Below the pieces are notes generated by a model, which worked only from the letters and a program-made list of their open reading frames with translations, was not told the DNA's origin and searched no databases. A stretch of DNA of 64,000 bases from Vicugna vicugna (Eukaryota), in assembly GCA_013265495.1 (NCBI GenBank), contig MU058781.1:2520158-2584157 (forward strand). Reading direction: 5' to 3'. Below are positions 1 to 13,662 of the stretch, one piece after another (position 1 is the first letter of the stretch; each line of letters begins with the position of its first letter). The position numbers were made by a program, and so were the translations under genes.

Positions 1-1724
1 TTGCTCTTGGGCTCCACCAGTTGAAATGCTATATTGATGATGCTCAGACGTGGTGGGAGACGGAGTGTCTGGGAGCTACAGTCCAGGTGCTGGGTGTGTT
101 CACTGCTGCTGAGTTGGCCATGGTTCCCAGGCTTATTCGGTAGACTCTGCGTGTGTGTGTGTGCTTACACAGATACACACATGTATTTTAAGACAGAAAT
201 CAGGACTAGAGGGTTTTTACTTACCCTCTTTGATCTTACATCTATATCTCCTTTCTCTCACAGTGAGAAACCTTGATTCTCAAATGCTCCTGGAATGATG
301 GAATTACTTGCTTTACCTCGTGATATACCCAGAGTAGTTTGAGAGTAGTAACACCAGCACCACCATCAACATTTTTTTGCGTTTTCCTTTTTCCTTAGTG
401 TACGTACCACTAGGGATATGTGGTCGAAGTGTTGTGTTTTAATGTCTCTTGTTCCTCTTTGCATGGCTGTGCCGCAACTCAGCACATACTGATTTTGTTT
501 TTGAATCTTAGGGATGGTTTGATTTTACATTTTTGTTTTGTAATTACATAAAATATTCACGCGGTTCCCAAGTGTAATCTAGAAAACAAGTTTTTGTGAA
601 AAGAAGTCCAGCTCCCGCTGTGTCCTCCTCCTGCGATAAGTAGCCATTCAGAAAATTTTGGTTTGTGCTTCCGTTTTTGTCTTTCCTTTGTGTGTATTTG
701 TGTAAATACATGTACTATGTAATTTACATGGGTAATTTATATAGATGAAATATAGAAGTGTGGGTATATGCATGTGTACGCTGACCTATGCTTTGTATTT
801 CCAAAGGGAACGAGTCTAGTTACACTGCACGTTAACACACAGACTGTAACCGTCTTTGTTTTTGGCTGTTTTTCCTGTGGGCAGGGAGGTTGTGGGGGAG
901 AATGGTGCATGGGTCGGTATTTCTGCCTATCTGAGGTACTTTGGAGTATTGTATTTGGTTCACATGTTTGATGACTGTGTTAATAATTGGATTGATACCA
1001 ATGTTTATGCTGTAGGAATTAAGGTAGGAAGAACAGAGTATAGTTCATCTTTCTCCCTCCATAGGTAGACTTAACAAAAAAATATTATTTGTTAATATAC
1101 GTCTGTTGCAGAAAATTTGAAAGATCCACATACTCACAAAAATTATAGTCACTCGTAATTGTATCATCCGGAGATAATTACTGACAATTTGATGTATTTC
1201 ATATGTATATAGGCATCCATGTATCTAGACTCCATACATGCACATTTACACACGTATGCATGTGAACATATGGTTGCATATGTGGATCATATAGTCTGTG
1301 TTTTGTGGTACTTCCCTTTCATGGTGTCTGTCACTAGTATTTCTCAGTGTCATTAGAATTCCTTATAGACAGTGTTTCCAATGACTACGTGATATTGCAT
1401 CATATTACTTTGTGCCATAATTAACATTCTCTTGCTGTTGTGTGGTTGGTTAGTTTCCATTTTATCTGATCATTATCGTGGAACCTCTTTTTTCACTTGT
1501 CTGATTAACATGATTTTGTGGTATAGCATATGATTGTTCAAAAGTGTCTTGCTTCTTGTTTACTAAAATGAGCATTTGAGAAGCCAGTTCAGGATTGTAA
1601 TACTCCATTTTTGTATTTATCCCACAATAATTTTAAGGAAAAAACCTTTGTATTTTAAATACCTGTTTTAGAAGTTATCTTTGTTAGTTTCAGTTTGATC
1701 TCCTTTCATCCACTCTTTCATGAA

Positions 1725-1930
1725 ATGTAGATTGAGTGTCTTCATGTCCTCAGACTGCAGTGCAAAATGAGATGGACGGGTTTCCTGCTCTTGTGGAGCT
1801 TACTGTTCACTGGGAAAGTATGGTACGAGATATTTACCTTAATCATTATAGGATTACAGGTATAATAAATGTTACAACCCAAAAGTTACAGTGGGCTGTT
1901 AGAACGTATACTTGAGGAATCTAAACTGGA
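1725..1930 (-). mobile_element. L2 3' fragment
   Basis: attgagtgtcttcatgtcc...cctgctcttgtggagcttactgttcactggg. Confidence 0.55.
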
Positions 1931-2959
1931 AAGAAAAGAGAATTCTTCAGTTTTAATTATTCTCATTAATTTTATTATTTTTTGTGGGTTCTGTTTTAAA
2001 TTGTAAACCTCTGTACTTGATCTGAGGAGCTGCCACAAACCAGAGGATACAATGTAGACACTTTATTTATGTGTTTTCCTCTCGCCAAATCCCCAGGCTG
2101 GAGGAGAAGCCATTAATCCTTTCTGTTGAGTATTTGACTTCTGAGCTGGAATTTCTTCTGCGCTAGCAAATTTCAGGGAATAAGTCAAACTCTTTCAGCC
2201 AGCATTGCGGTTGTGAAGCATGAGGTTCCATCATCATGATTAAAAAACACTGACCTGCTCACAAAGCAAGTTAAGCACAAATTAAGCAAAATGGTGCAGA
2301 TAAACATATGTCTAAGACAAGAGTCCGATTCAGCCAGTGCTGTTTATAAATTTAATGCAGTGAGATATGGAAGTCGCAGTACATCATTTAGGGGAACTGG
2401 GCTTCATGGAATACTCGTGGAAAAGATGACTTAACATTTGGTTCTATTATTAGACATGTGATTGCTCAGCAGTTTCGTTAACAGAAGCCATGTATTGAAT
2501 TAGAAAGGCCCTGGGCGGTTGTTGTGGGGTCCAAATTGCATTTAACCTCGATCTGGTGCAGAGTTGGAAAAAGAGCCAGCATATAGAGTGATTAGTTAAT
2601 GCAGAACCAGAGTGAAGAAAACAGCAGAAAATAAGTTTAAATGCCCTTGGATTTATTCGGAGGTAAAACAGGATAAATAAAGTGCCAGTAGGGTAACTGG
2701 CAACATGAGAAGATTTGAGGAGGAAGGAAGTGTCTTGAATTTATTTCCCATGTTGTACGGAGCCATAGACTGAAAGAGTATGATATTCTTAAAAGTAATA
2801 AGATTGATACAATTAATACCCATGTTTCCTTCCTTTAAATTCACATCTGTTTACATCTTGCCACATTTCCCTTCTCTCTAGATATACTGGTTTTGGTTTT
2901 GCTTGTAGTACACTTGAAAGTACATGAAAACTGTCTGTTTTTGTAAGTTGACTTTGTAT

Positions 2960-3440
2960 ATATGGCCACTTGACTGAATTCTTACTTGTTCTTAGCAATT
3001 CAGTTGATTTTCTTAGATTTTTCTCATTAGATTATCATATCAGCTGCTAAGAAAAGATTTTGTTTCTTCCTTTACAATTTTCATGCTTCTTTGAAATTTC
3101 TTTTCTTCTTTTATTGAATTGTCAGGACCGCTAGTTAAAGCATTAAATAATATCACTGACAGAATTCTGACTTTGGTGGTAATGCTTCTGATAGTCTGCA
3201 GCTCAGTATGATAGGTTGCAGTTAGGTTCTTGTGAATATTATTTACATAGTTTCAGAAATTATCTTCTAAGTTTCTGGGCATTTTGATAGGAACTGGTAT
3301 GCAATTTTTATCACTCTATGTTGGCTTCCGTAGTGGTATTTTTCCTCACCATATCTATGTAGTGAATTGTAGAAATAGTTTTTTCCTGATGTCAAGTTAT
3401 CCTTGCATTCCTGAGATAAATCCAACTTGGTGTGATGATC
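2960..3440 (-). mobile_element. Old L1M ORF2 fragment (antisense)
   Basis: ttcagttgattttcttagatttt, ttttgtttcttcctttacaatt, ccttgcattcctgagataaatccaacttgg. Confidence 0.6.
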
Positions 3441-6400
3441 TTTTAGTCATTTAGTATATTTTAGTGCTACTTTATTTTAATTAGATCAATGAATATAGAT
3501 GCTGTTGTGTCTCGTGAAATACGGATCCATTTAAAAGTTGCTTTTATATATTTTTATTATTGATAAGATTCCTAAATCAACAGAGATAGTGACAGTGTAA
3601 CTACGGTCACTGGGAGGACTACAGAATTTTTTGTTAAAAAGAGATCCTCGCACTCGAAATGCTGGGAATCAGTAATCTAGAAACCTAAAAGCAAGGCTCA
3701 CCCTTGCCCTCATTCCGGTACTTTTACTTATGAGTCTGTTGTCTAGAAGACTGTCTTGAAGTTAATCTGCACGTCCAACAATCTCAGAAATAAAAGGAAT
3801 TTTAAGAATTTATCTTGGTTATCTTTTCTAAATAAATTAGAACAGTGGATATATAATTCATTCTTTGGAGAATGGGAGGGGAGTTGGTATTTCTTTAGAA
3901 TCCCTCCTAAAAATCAGTAATCATTACACAGTAATTGTACAATGTGAAGAATATCACGTTTAGAGTTAATAAATCCCTGAACCCAAATGTTGGATTGTCA
4001 TGTCTCTTTAATGCGGAAGGAAGGAATCTAGATGATCAGATTTAGTCTCATAGCTATTTTATCTGTTTTTAAAAATTGCCTCAGTGTCTTTGGCGCATCT
4101 GGGAATATTCTTTTCTTTTTCTTACAGAATCTGTAAGCTAAATGTGTGGATTCTAGAAAGAAGATCATTTAAAATCAGAATGCTGCTATAATGTAAATGG
4201 TTTTGACCTGGGAGCATTTGCCAGTTGTCGGTATTGCCAGTGACATTTGGAAAATGTTGTGTAAAATTTATATTTACTGCATTTGTAAAGTGCTTACTAG
4301 TAATCTGAAAATTTTAGTTTTTTGAAAATAGTGTTCATCCAATCCTGTGTTTAATGAAATACAAAGAGATAAAAGAAGAAAGCAACTGATGTTGTAAGTA
4401 ACGTTTTAGTCCCACTCTCAAGTTGGCTGGCTGGCTCTTTTGAAGTTGATTCTTAAATAAAATCCTAAAATAATTGCTCTTAACATTCAAAAGAAACCTG
4501 GAAAGTATTTGTTCAAAATATTTTGGGGTATTTCTGATGGAGCAAATATTTTGTTAGCTATTATAAAAATGAATAAAATATGGCTTTTGCACTTGAAATC
4601 TAGTCTGGGAGACAGATAACCTCAATAATGAGCTTACCTGGGGACAGTAAGTTCTGGAATGGAACCTTTAGGCGGGAGGTGGGTTTCCCACGTCTTGTGG
4701 GTGTGACTCCTGCCGGTGGGCAGTCAGCCCAGGTGTGTACGTCTCCATAATGGTGGTGGCAATGCTGAGACTAGATTCCTGGCCTCTTGACACAAGTCTG
4801 ATGACCTGGTTCACACTGGGTTGACTATTAAGCTTTGAAAAAGTAGGTTTCACCTAGTACCTGTTTTTAAAGTCACTTGCCCTGTGCAGTTAACAGCTAT
4901 TCAGTTGAGATGCAGAGGCATCCATATGTTCTTATCCCACACTTTTTTTTTTTTTTTTTGGTTGGGGAAGGAATTCCCACTAACCATTTAGAACCAAAAG
5001 CAATTTGAGTGATCATTTCAGTGTTTTTAATCTGATCGTATCATGTGTTCTCTAAAATCCTACACTCTGGCCGTAGAGCTCAGGATCAAGGCTCAGATCT
5101 TCTCTCTGGTACCAAGTCCCTCCTCATCTTGACTCCTGCAGCCACATCCCTTCTGTGCTCTGTTTCACACTTGAACTTCAGAAAGGCTGGATGCCTACTT
5201 GTCAGGCTATTTCTAGCCTTCATGCTTTCTCAGAACCTCTCGACTCCACTTCTGCTGTGAACTCGTACCTCTTCCCAAGAGCTTCGCCCTGGGGAATCTT
5301 CCAGAACCCTGGCCTGGGCTGGTTGAGGGACAGCACCCACCACCCCAGACTGTCCCTCATGAACATGGCTCGTGTCTGTCCTGAAACCTTAGGGTGCCTT
5401 GCACATTGATAGGCATTCTGTAGAAGTTTGCTAAATAATTAAATAATGAAAGTTTTAAAACTGCCTTTTTCATGGGGCAGTAAAAAAAAATGTGTTCACA
5501 CATCTGGGTGTATTTAAAATTTTTTACTGACTATTCTGTTGTATTGTTTTTCATGTAAGTATAACTGTTTTGGATTCTAATTTAGTTTTCCTTGGAAAAT
5601 ACATCTTTTAGAAGATACTAAAGCAACTATATTTATATTGTTCATCAGCCACCAATGGGTGCTTACTCCAAGCAGTTTCAGTGGGAATTCTTATTAATAG
5701 ATGGTCACTTGTTAGATGACAATTTACAGAATTTGGTATTTTGGTACATCCTATGGATTAAAGCATATGTTTTAAAATACAGCATTTTAAATTTTATCAA
5801 TTGCTGTTTGATGGTTTTATGGACAAGGATTACTTCTGTTCCCCAATCTCTGTAGCCATATGAAGTATAAATTAGCCATTATATATTTTTTCTTTAAAAT
5901 ATATTTAGGAAAGGAAACTGTTCAATTAGAATATGAGCTAAACAGGATAACAGTTAAAGGATAATCTATTAAGCTTTTCCCTTCTGTACATTATTAATAG
6001 ATAATCGACTATTTGGTCATAAAATAAAAACAAACCTTGATTTTTCTAAGTAAATATGAACTTGCAGAAGAAATAATGCATATTGAATACTGAGTGTTTC
6101 TTGGTAATCATAATGGATGGTCTCTCTCCCTCTCTTTCTTTTCCTGTGTCTCTCTCACAGAAAGCCAAATTACAGCATCGTTAGTATCTTAAAGGATTCT
6201 TATCTCAAATACTAGGATGCCTAGGTACAAAGAGGACTTGCTGAGACACTAGCTCGGTAAATGAAACTCAGCAAATCATAGTCATCTTTGGATTCTCAGT
6301 TACGTTATATAAGTGGTCATACAGATGGATTTTTAACTCTGATTTTCCTAAATTGCTTTCCCATCCATTGAACGTGGAGGGTGTTCTAAAAAGCAAAGTG

Positions 6401-8199
6401 AGAAGAATGCACTACTGTTGCTTTAAGAAGGAAATTAAGTAGGGAGGGAAACGGGGGATGTTGTGACTGCTGACATTTGTGGCCTCTTTTCATTTGCGTA
6501 AGAGGTGGACTGGCTTCTCTGTAGCTGCGGTTGCCATGGAGAGGTAGTGGGGGAGGACTCCCAGGGCCGCAGCCTGTGCGATCAGTTCCGTCTCGGAGCC
6601 ACTCCAGACTGTGAAGCGCTGGGGCAGGGGGCTCAGGTGTGCCAGGCTGCGCACGATCATGGGGCTGGCTGACCTGTCCTGGCTGGTAACGTGACTGTGC
6701 AGAGACCCCTGGGTGTGACAGACATGTTTGTGGAAGCGCCTGTGGATCCTCTATGTGAAGTGAAAGGATTGTAATGTTGTATGTATTTCCACCCTTCGTG
6801 ATTTCTTACACGTGAGATTTAACGAAGAGAGTTTAAACATATTAAGCCAAACGTGCGCGCCCTTGTTATAATAAGAGACTGGCCAACTTCATTCGGTATG
6901 TTTGCGTGTAGATAAATGACATGACAGAGAGTCAGATCCGTGGTGATGGGCGTAATACACTCAGAAACATCTAATATGGTAGGTTACACCGTAACCAGAA
7001 ACGGATGTGTTACTAACCTGGAATCATTGATACATGGATGTCATAGAGCCTTGTAGCTAGATGATACTAGAAAACTGGGACAATGAAAGTTGTAAGAATT
7101 TTTCTACGTAACAGGTAGAAGAAAATCAGGTGTATGTTTTGTAGATAAAATATGCTTGTATCTTAAGAAATGAATTTTAGGAATTTTGTCAGTTCTGTTT
7201 ATTTTATTGGGAATAATTTTATATCAAACAGAAGCTTCTTGTTAATGAGTTTGTAGTATGAACATTTTGTGGCTTTTTTCGGATTTTTTGACATCAGTGG
7301 TAAATTGAATATAATGATTATGTCAGTCTTTTGTTTTCTCTTGGCTATCACTGTGGATAACACCTTTGTTTAAAAACAAATGTAACTGGTAATTTTAGCT
7401 TAAACTCTGAGCTACTGTGTAGAATATTTCTAAGTAAAAATATGTTTCTCTTTAGGAAAACACGTAATATGTTAAATTTATAAAATATAAAGAAACTTAT
7501 TTGATGCCTTAGTTTTTGATGAAATCTGCATGATTGTTTTATAGTAGGTGAGCCAGAAATGGTTTAGGTGAAGAATACATTGTAAGGCTGTTACAGTCAC
7601 TGACTGCTTATTGTATATTGCAACTTACTTTAAGAATGATAACTAATTGCCTAGTTTAATCTATGAAAGAAATGCCAAACCAAGTCTTTTTTTTAAAAAA
7701 ATAAAGATGGTGTTACATAAAACCTAGGTGTAGTATCGTACACAGTGATATGTAGTACTACTGTAAAGGTGTGTAAAATGTACAGACTTACTGCTGAATT
7801 TACTTGGAAGGTATTACTTCACAGTAGGGTATTTCAGAAATTGTACAATAAATATATATAGAGATTACATATATAAAACTATTAAGGGATAACCTTATTT
7901 GGCTTATTAAAATGTACTTTTGTGTTTAGAATATTGTATATTAATAATAAATTTTCTTACTTTTTAAATATCGTATTCAGAGGCTTAAAAATTTACAAGT
8001 TATTAGGTATGGATATTGATGGAGTTGACATTTTCATTATTTTTCTTAATTTTTAAATTAATTCCAAAGTACACCTATTCAACAGGAAACCAAAATTAGT
8101 TTTCTCAGTTACTCATGCAAGTCAAAGAGCGATGAGGTGTAAAATACTTTATATTTGTTGGATAATAATAAGTAATTTTAAATGAATGTTAACTACAAG

Positions 8200-8430
8200 C
8201 TAAGTACTATTGTAAGCATTTATTCTTGTTGCCTTTTCTGAATCTCACACACTTTTGTGAGGTGGGTTCTTTTTATATACATATATATGTATATATACAT
8301 ATAAATATAGATATACCCATTTTACAGATGAGGACCCTGAGGTTTGGAGGGTAATTTGTCTGATGACATAGAGATACAAACGGGTGGACCAGGATTTGAA
8401 CTTGTGGGAGTTCTTAACCACCACACTATT
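8200..8430 (-). mobile_element. MIR SINE, interrupted by an (AT)-rich microsatellite
   Basis: Core cccattttacagatgaggaccctgagg and ccaggatttgaac. Confidence 0.8.
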
Positions 8431-8454
8431 TCTTGCATGTAAAAACTATTGTCT

Positions 8455-8620
8455 GGCACAGTGTGAAAAGCTTCCTATTCAGGTATCCTGGGATGGAATC
8501 CCAGCTTTCCATGTCTTAGCCAAGTGATAGCAGAAGTCACACCTCTTCATGCCTCACTCGTTTTCAGATACTTTACGCTAGAATATGTGTGAGTGCATCA
8601 GTTCTAGCGCAGGTGTGGAG
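8455..8620 (+). mobile_element. MIR SINE (degraded)
   Basis: cctgggatggaatcccagctttccat...cacctcttcatgcctca. Confidence 0.55.
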
Positions 8621-8822
8621 GCTGCTTCCCCTCACCCCCATGGTAGTAGTTACTGCTAACATGTATTATTATTCATTATGTTAAAATATAAGATAGTAAT
8701 CCAAATTATGTTTTATTGCTCCATTTGGAAATAATTGCCAGTTTAAAAGAAGAGTAGAGAATATGATTAAAGTAATGTTGAATGCTTTTTTTGGATAGCC
8801 ATTCAAATGTTACATTTTAAAG

Positions 8823-9030
8823 CAGGGTTTCTCAGCCTCGGCACTAATGATGCTTTGGACTGGATAGTCCTTTGTTGAGGGCCGTCTTGTGTGTTGTAGG
8901 ATGTTTGGCAGCATCCCTGGCCTCTACCCACTAAATGCCAAGCCCTCCCTGTCAGGTGTGACAACCAAAAATGTCCCCAGCTGTTGTCAGATACCCTTTA
9001 GGGGGTAGAATCACTCCTGGTCAAAAACTG
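8823..9030 (-). mobile_element. MER20 (hAT-Charlie DNA transposon), near full length
   Basis: cagggtttctcagcctcggcact...tgtaggatgtttggcagcatccctggcctctacccacta...tgacaaccaaaaatgtc...aaaaactg matches the reverse complement of the recalled MER20 consensus, including both termini. Confidence 0.9.
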
Positions 9031-11084
9031 CTCCAAGATATATAGAGACATTAATCAAATAAGTAAACATAATGTAATTACAGAGTGTGTTGAGGATGTT
9101 AATGGGAAAGGCCAAGATGCTAGAGTGAGAACAAGGTGAGGGAGCAGACTGGCTTTTGTGGCAGGTGTGGCTACTCGTGGGGTCCAGCAGGGAAGGGGGT
9201 GAAAGATGTGGAGGCCAGTGCAGAGTCTGTGGCAGAGGTCTTGGTGAGGGGTGAGGGCTTGGACCAGGTGGTGGAGTTGGATAGTTTGGGAAGGTTTTTA
9301 GAGGGAGAATCGGAGGACTCAGGGTTTACTAGAATATTACACTCCTGCCAACAAAGAATAGAGAACAGTAAGGTTTGAGAAGTGGCCGCTGGGCAGTCTG
9401 AGGACTAACTCACCAGCCCACTGAGTGCCTGCTTGGCCGTGCACAGGACTCACATATGTTTTTCAGCAAAGTTAGGAATTACTGAATGTCCTAGACCTTT
9501 GTGAATATTGGAAACTGTGAGTCTTAATCCGTGACTGCCAAGTGACTGCATATTTAAATCCTGAATGATTGCCTTGCTGTGCAGATCGGATGTGCTCTTG
9601 AGAAAGGAGAGTTCTCACCTCTTGGCTGTGGCAGGCTCTTGCCAGGCCTCTGCCCTTGCCTGCCCTCCCCAGGTTTCTGTCCTTGGCCCCCGAGCTTTCT
9701 CCTCCAACGCAGGCACTTGTAAAGTAAATAGTCCTTTGGACGTCAAATAATTATCTTGCTTTTGAGTCACAATTTTGAAGTTTACAGATTTCTTAAAGCA
9801 GTGCATCCCTGTGATGGCTTCAGTGTGTACCCTAAGTTAACGAGGGTAAGAACAGAGCATTCCAGGCCTTTTCTGTGGGACGGCATTCAGGGAAACTGAT
9901 AGAATTTCTCTCCTTCCACAGCAAATAACTTCAACAGGCTGTTTAATGGGGCTATTTTAAGTAAGATCATCCTAAGCATAATTTAATGATCTTTTGCTAA
10001 TAGTAAAATCACTAAGACTTGTAGTTGTAACTTAAATGCTAAATTACAGGAGTGTAATGCTAGTTACCTCAGCAGTGACAATAAAACCGTTTTCCCCCCA
10101 CAAAATCATGTTGTTGAAATTGTGTGTACCTGAGTGTGTCTGTCAGTGACTTCTACCACAGAAAAATGGAAATTCATTTTGAGCCAGAACTGAGGCCCAT
10201 TGGTTGTGAAGTCTCTGGGGCTCAAGAAGACAGGGGGAGACAGGAAAAGAGGAGAGAGGCCGCCTCTCGGGGGCTGGTTTCCCGGCCCCTCTCCCGTCCT
10301 CGGCCCCACGTCCCCGCTCCGGTCTGTCCATCATTAGGGAACTTATTGGCTGCGTCATTTTCCTTTCAACTCGATTTTCCATCCTGAGTCGTCCTCCCAG
10401 TGGCCCGAGTGAAGTAGTTGAGACGTTCCCAGTCGGTTCTCTGGCTCTGACAGGGGTGACTTCACCCGCGTGTGACCACATGCTGTCTGCCTAGGGTTGC
10501 ACTCATGCTGTGGTGATGGGTTTTCCTCCCATCCGGTAGCTTGAAAATCTCAGAGATGGAAGAGAGATCTAAATGTAACAGAATTTAAGGAATAAACGAG
10601 ACCACAAGTCATATTGGGCAAATGGGATCCCATTAAATACCGTTAAATGGATACTTTATCCCATACAACAATATGGGATAGGGGAAGTTCTGTGGGATGT
10701 GTAGGAGGGTATGAAATTCAGAAATTGCTCTTCTGAATTTATGAGTAGACGTTTCAGAGAGTTGGGATTTAAGCTTGGTCATGAAAAATTGGTGAGGTAT
10801 GGATAAATACTGGGGGCCGGGATAGAGGGTGACCGTGAGAGATGTTTATCATGGAGTTTATGATTTTAGCAGGGGACACAGGTGTGAAAGGAGTGACCTC
10901 ACACACGTACTTAATGCAGGAGGGGCTGGGGTGCTGTTGGTGTGCACCCTGGGGGCCCAGCTGGGATCAGGAGAGGCTTCCAGAGCACGTGGTGTTCAGG
11001 CTCAACAATGGAGGGTGAAGGATTGGCAACTCAGGCAGGGCACCCTTTTGATGCACTTACATAATACAGACAAGTCGTACCACG

Positions 11085-11300
11085 TTGGGTTGAGAAGTTC
11101 ACATTCTGGAAGCCATCCGCCTGGGTTTAAACCTGGCAGGAAATGTCTCCTTGTCAGCTCCACGCAGTTTGCTGCTGAGCGGGCCACTGTCTCCTCCTCT
11201 GTGAAATGGAGATCAGGGGCAGCTCCTCCCTCCCAGGTCGGTTTTTGAGTGAGTGCACGTGAGTTCCTTAGAACAGTGCCAGCACATAGCAGGCCTGACA
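11085..11300 (+). mobile_element. MIR SINE
   Basis: tctggaagccatccgcctgggtttaaacctggc, ctcctctgtgaaatggagat, cttagaacagtgccagcacatag. Confidence 0.75.
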
Positions 11301-13637
11301 CTGAGGCCATTATTGATAGATTTGTCCCCAGTAGCGTCTGGAGGAGGATGCGGGCTTCCCCGGGCAGGTGTAAGGGAAGCCCTGGGAGGAGGTTCTCAGA
11401 AGGAGCCGGGGAGTCAGAAGCAGTGGTGGGGGAAGGCCAGCTGCAAGGGGCGCCCCCAAGAGGCAGGGCTGCTGCTCCCAGAGGAAGGTTTTCCAGAGGA
11501 GAGAGGCTAATGATCACGTGTCAGAACAGGTAACCGGTGGTGTCTCCACCAGTTTTAAGAAATATGTATGTGTATTAATTGTGTTTTGCTGGTTTGTTTA
11601 ACATGTGTTTTAGGGAGTTTAAGAAATAGTTAACCTTGTTAGCTATCCAAAATAATTGTATCCTGGGTATCTCTCATGTGCTACAATATTACTGAAAAGA
11701 GCTTTCAATTATATTTTAGTGTGTTTTCACCATAATTTGCCCAGCTTGGTTTGCATGATGCAGTTAACCTCTAAACAAGTGACAACAGCTGATAAATGAC
11801 CAGAGCTGTTTTGGGCTTGACTCGGTCAGATCCATACATACGAGGTTACAGGCCTAGTTACTGTTGTTTTTGGCCGGAGTCCTTGCAAGTGTGGGAGGTA
11901 ACCAAGTACTTCCTTTGTGGAAAAAATGACATTTGTTCATTGTTTCAGTGCTGATGATTGCTTAAAGCATATGAGGGTTTTTTTTTTTTTACTGATTGGT
12001 GTATAAAGCTGTAGATTGGCAGTTTTATGCACTATAACATTTATCATAAATATTTGTTCATAAGCACTTATGTGTACTAAGGGCCCAATACTATCATTAT
12101 CTTCTATAAGCTGTTACTACTAGGTAACATTGAAGACACATAAGTAGAGGACATGTGTGTGTATACATATACATAGTGGTGTGGTGGGTGTTATTTCAAA
12201 CAAGGTCATATATGTACACCCACTATGTATATTATACAAACACACATCTATTATACACAGGCAGTTGCACATGTATTCAAAGTTGTATGAACTGTTTTCT
12301 GATTTTCTGATAGTCTCAAACAGAAATGTTTGAGTAATGTTCCTAAGTGTTACTCGTTTTTCAAAGTCATTTTAAGGACCTTCTCTCTGAATGTGTTGGC
12401 CAGTAATAAAAAGCTAACTTTTACGTTCATGGTTGACCATTAATATTGTGGATCACACAGGTGACCAGCTACACGTTTCTCCATTTCTTTACATTCTGTA
12501 TTTGTAATAAATCACTCAGTGGTTAATATCTTTTACAGTTAAAATTATAGCGTAGAATATTAGTAATTGGAAATAATTATATGCTACCGATTTTCTTTTG
12601 TTTCTGTTTATCTCCGTGAAACTATGAAAAGTGTGGGAACTAAGTTACTCTAGGCCATTTATTAAGTTATGGCATGGAAAAGATAACAAGGATTGTTTAA
12701 AAGATGTAGGTAGCGTAAACTTCAAGTTTGGATTTTTTAAGGTCTATTTTTCTAATGGTTATCGAATTTCAATTCTTCCTTGCTTCTGAGTAGCCTTATG
12801 TGTGGTATAGGATGGTTAGGTTTTAAGACGTTTATCCGATGCCTGTGTCAAGATTATTGGATAGCTTACCTGCTCTGTGTTCGGCACAGCGTTGGGACTC
12901 AGTGGGGATAAACACCTGCCTGGTTTCTGCCCTTACAAGTTGCTGGGCTAGTGAGGAGTCAGACCTTTGGGCAAGAATTGCTCACTGTAACGTGAGGTGA
13001 CTGCTGTGGGAGGGACGCTATAAGGTCGTACACTGGTACTTACCAGTGGCCCCTGACTTCGCCTTGATGAACTACACAATGTTAGGGGGGTTGGTTTATT
13101 TTGACTATAATTCCCACCGTAAAGGTCATGTCTGTGGATGATGACTAAACCTGTTAGACTTTGTTTTTACTTTATTTCTCTCCCCTCCACCACCTACTTA
13201 GAATTTTTCAGACTTTTACCTCTCATTCTTGCTGGCTAGGGAATTACCCTTTGGGAGAAATGCAGATTGGACTATTTTGAGTTGAAAAGACAGACTTCTG
13301 AACTGACCTTTGAATATTTCGACTAACATTGAATTGGATTAATTAAAGGAAAGTAAAATGTAAAGAACAGTGTATTGTATTACTTATAATGGTATTATTA
13401 CTGATTGGTAAATGTTAAAATAGCCTCAATTTGGAAGGAAGAAATAGGCATCAAGTAATTTGAAAGCATGAAGTAATTAATGTAGAGTTTAAATAAGAAT
13501 ATTAGAATCTGAAAGAATGTATATATACTCGTGTACGTATGTACAGTAATGTTTATTTTTTAAGCATATAAGTAAGCACTTATTCTTCTAGAGAATTGAG
13601 GCATTCATGTTTTGTTTTTGATTTGGCTACCCATATT

Positions 13638-13662
13638 TATACATACATACATACATACATAC
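13638..13662. repeat. (TACA)n microsatellite
   Basis: tatacatacatacatacatacatac. Confidence 0.85.

Noticed and set aside
4681..5302. kB-like motifs (gggtttccc, ggaattccc, ggggaatcttcc) as an autoregulatory site cluster
   Set aside because: None is a full GGGRNNYYCC match and such near-matches are expected by chance in 64 kb. The one exact match I noticed (GGGATTTTCC near 45023) sits inside an old L1 fragment.
8200..8620. Oppositely oriented MIR pair as a dsRNA hairpin
   Set aside because: The copies are too diverged from each other for stable pairing by eye.
10829..11533. Cluster of 85-171 aa ORFs on both strands
   Set aside because: They overlap MIR and other decayed repeat sequence in a GC-rich patch and have no coding signature.
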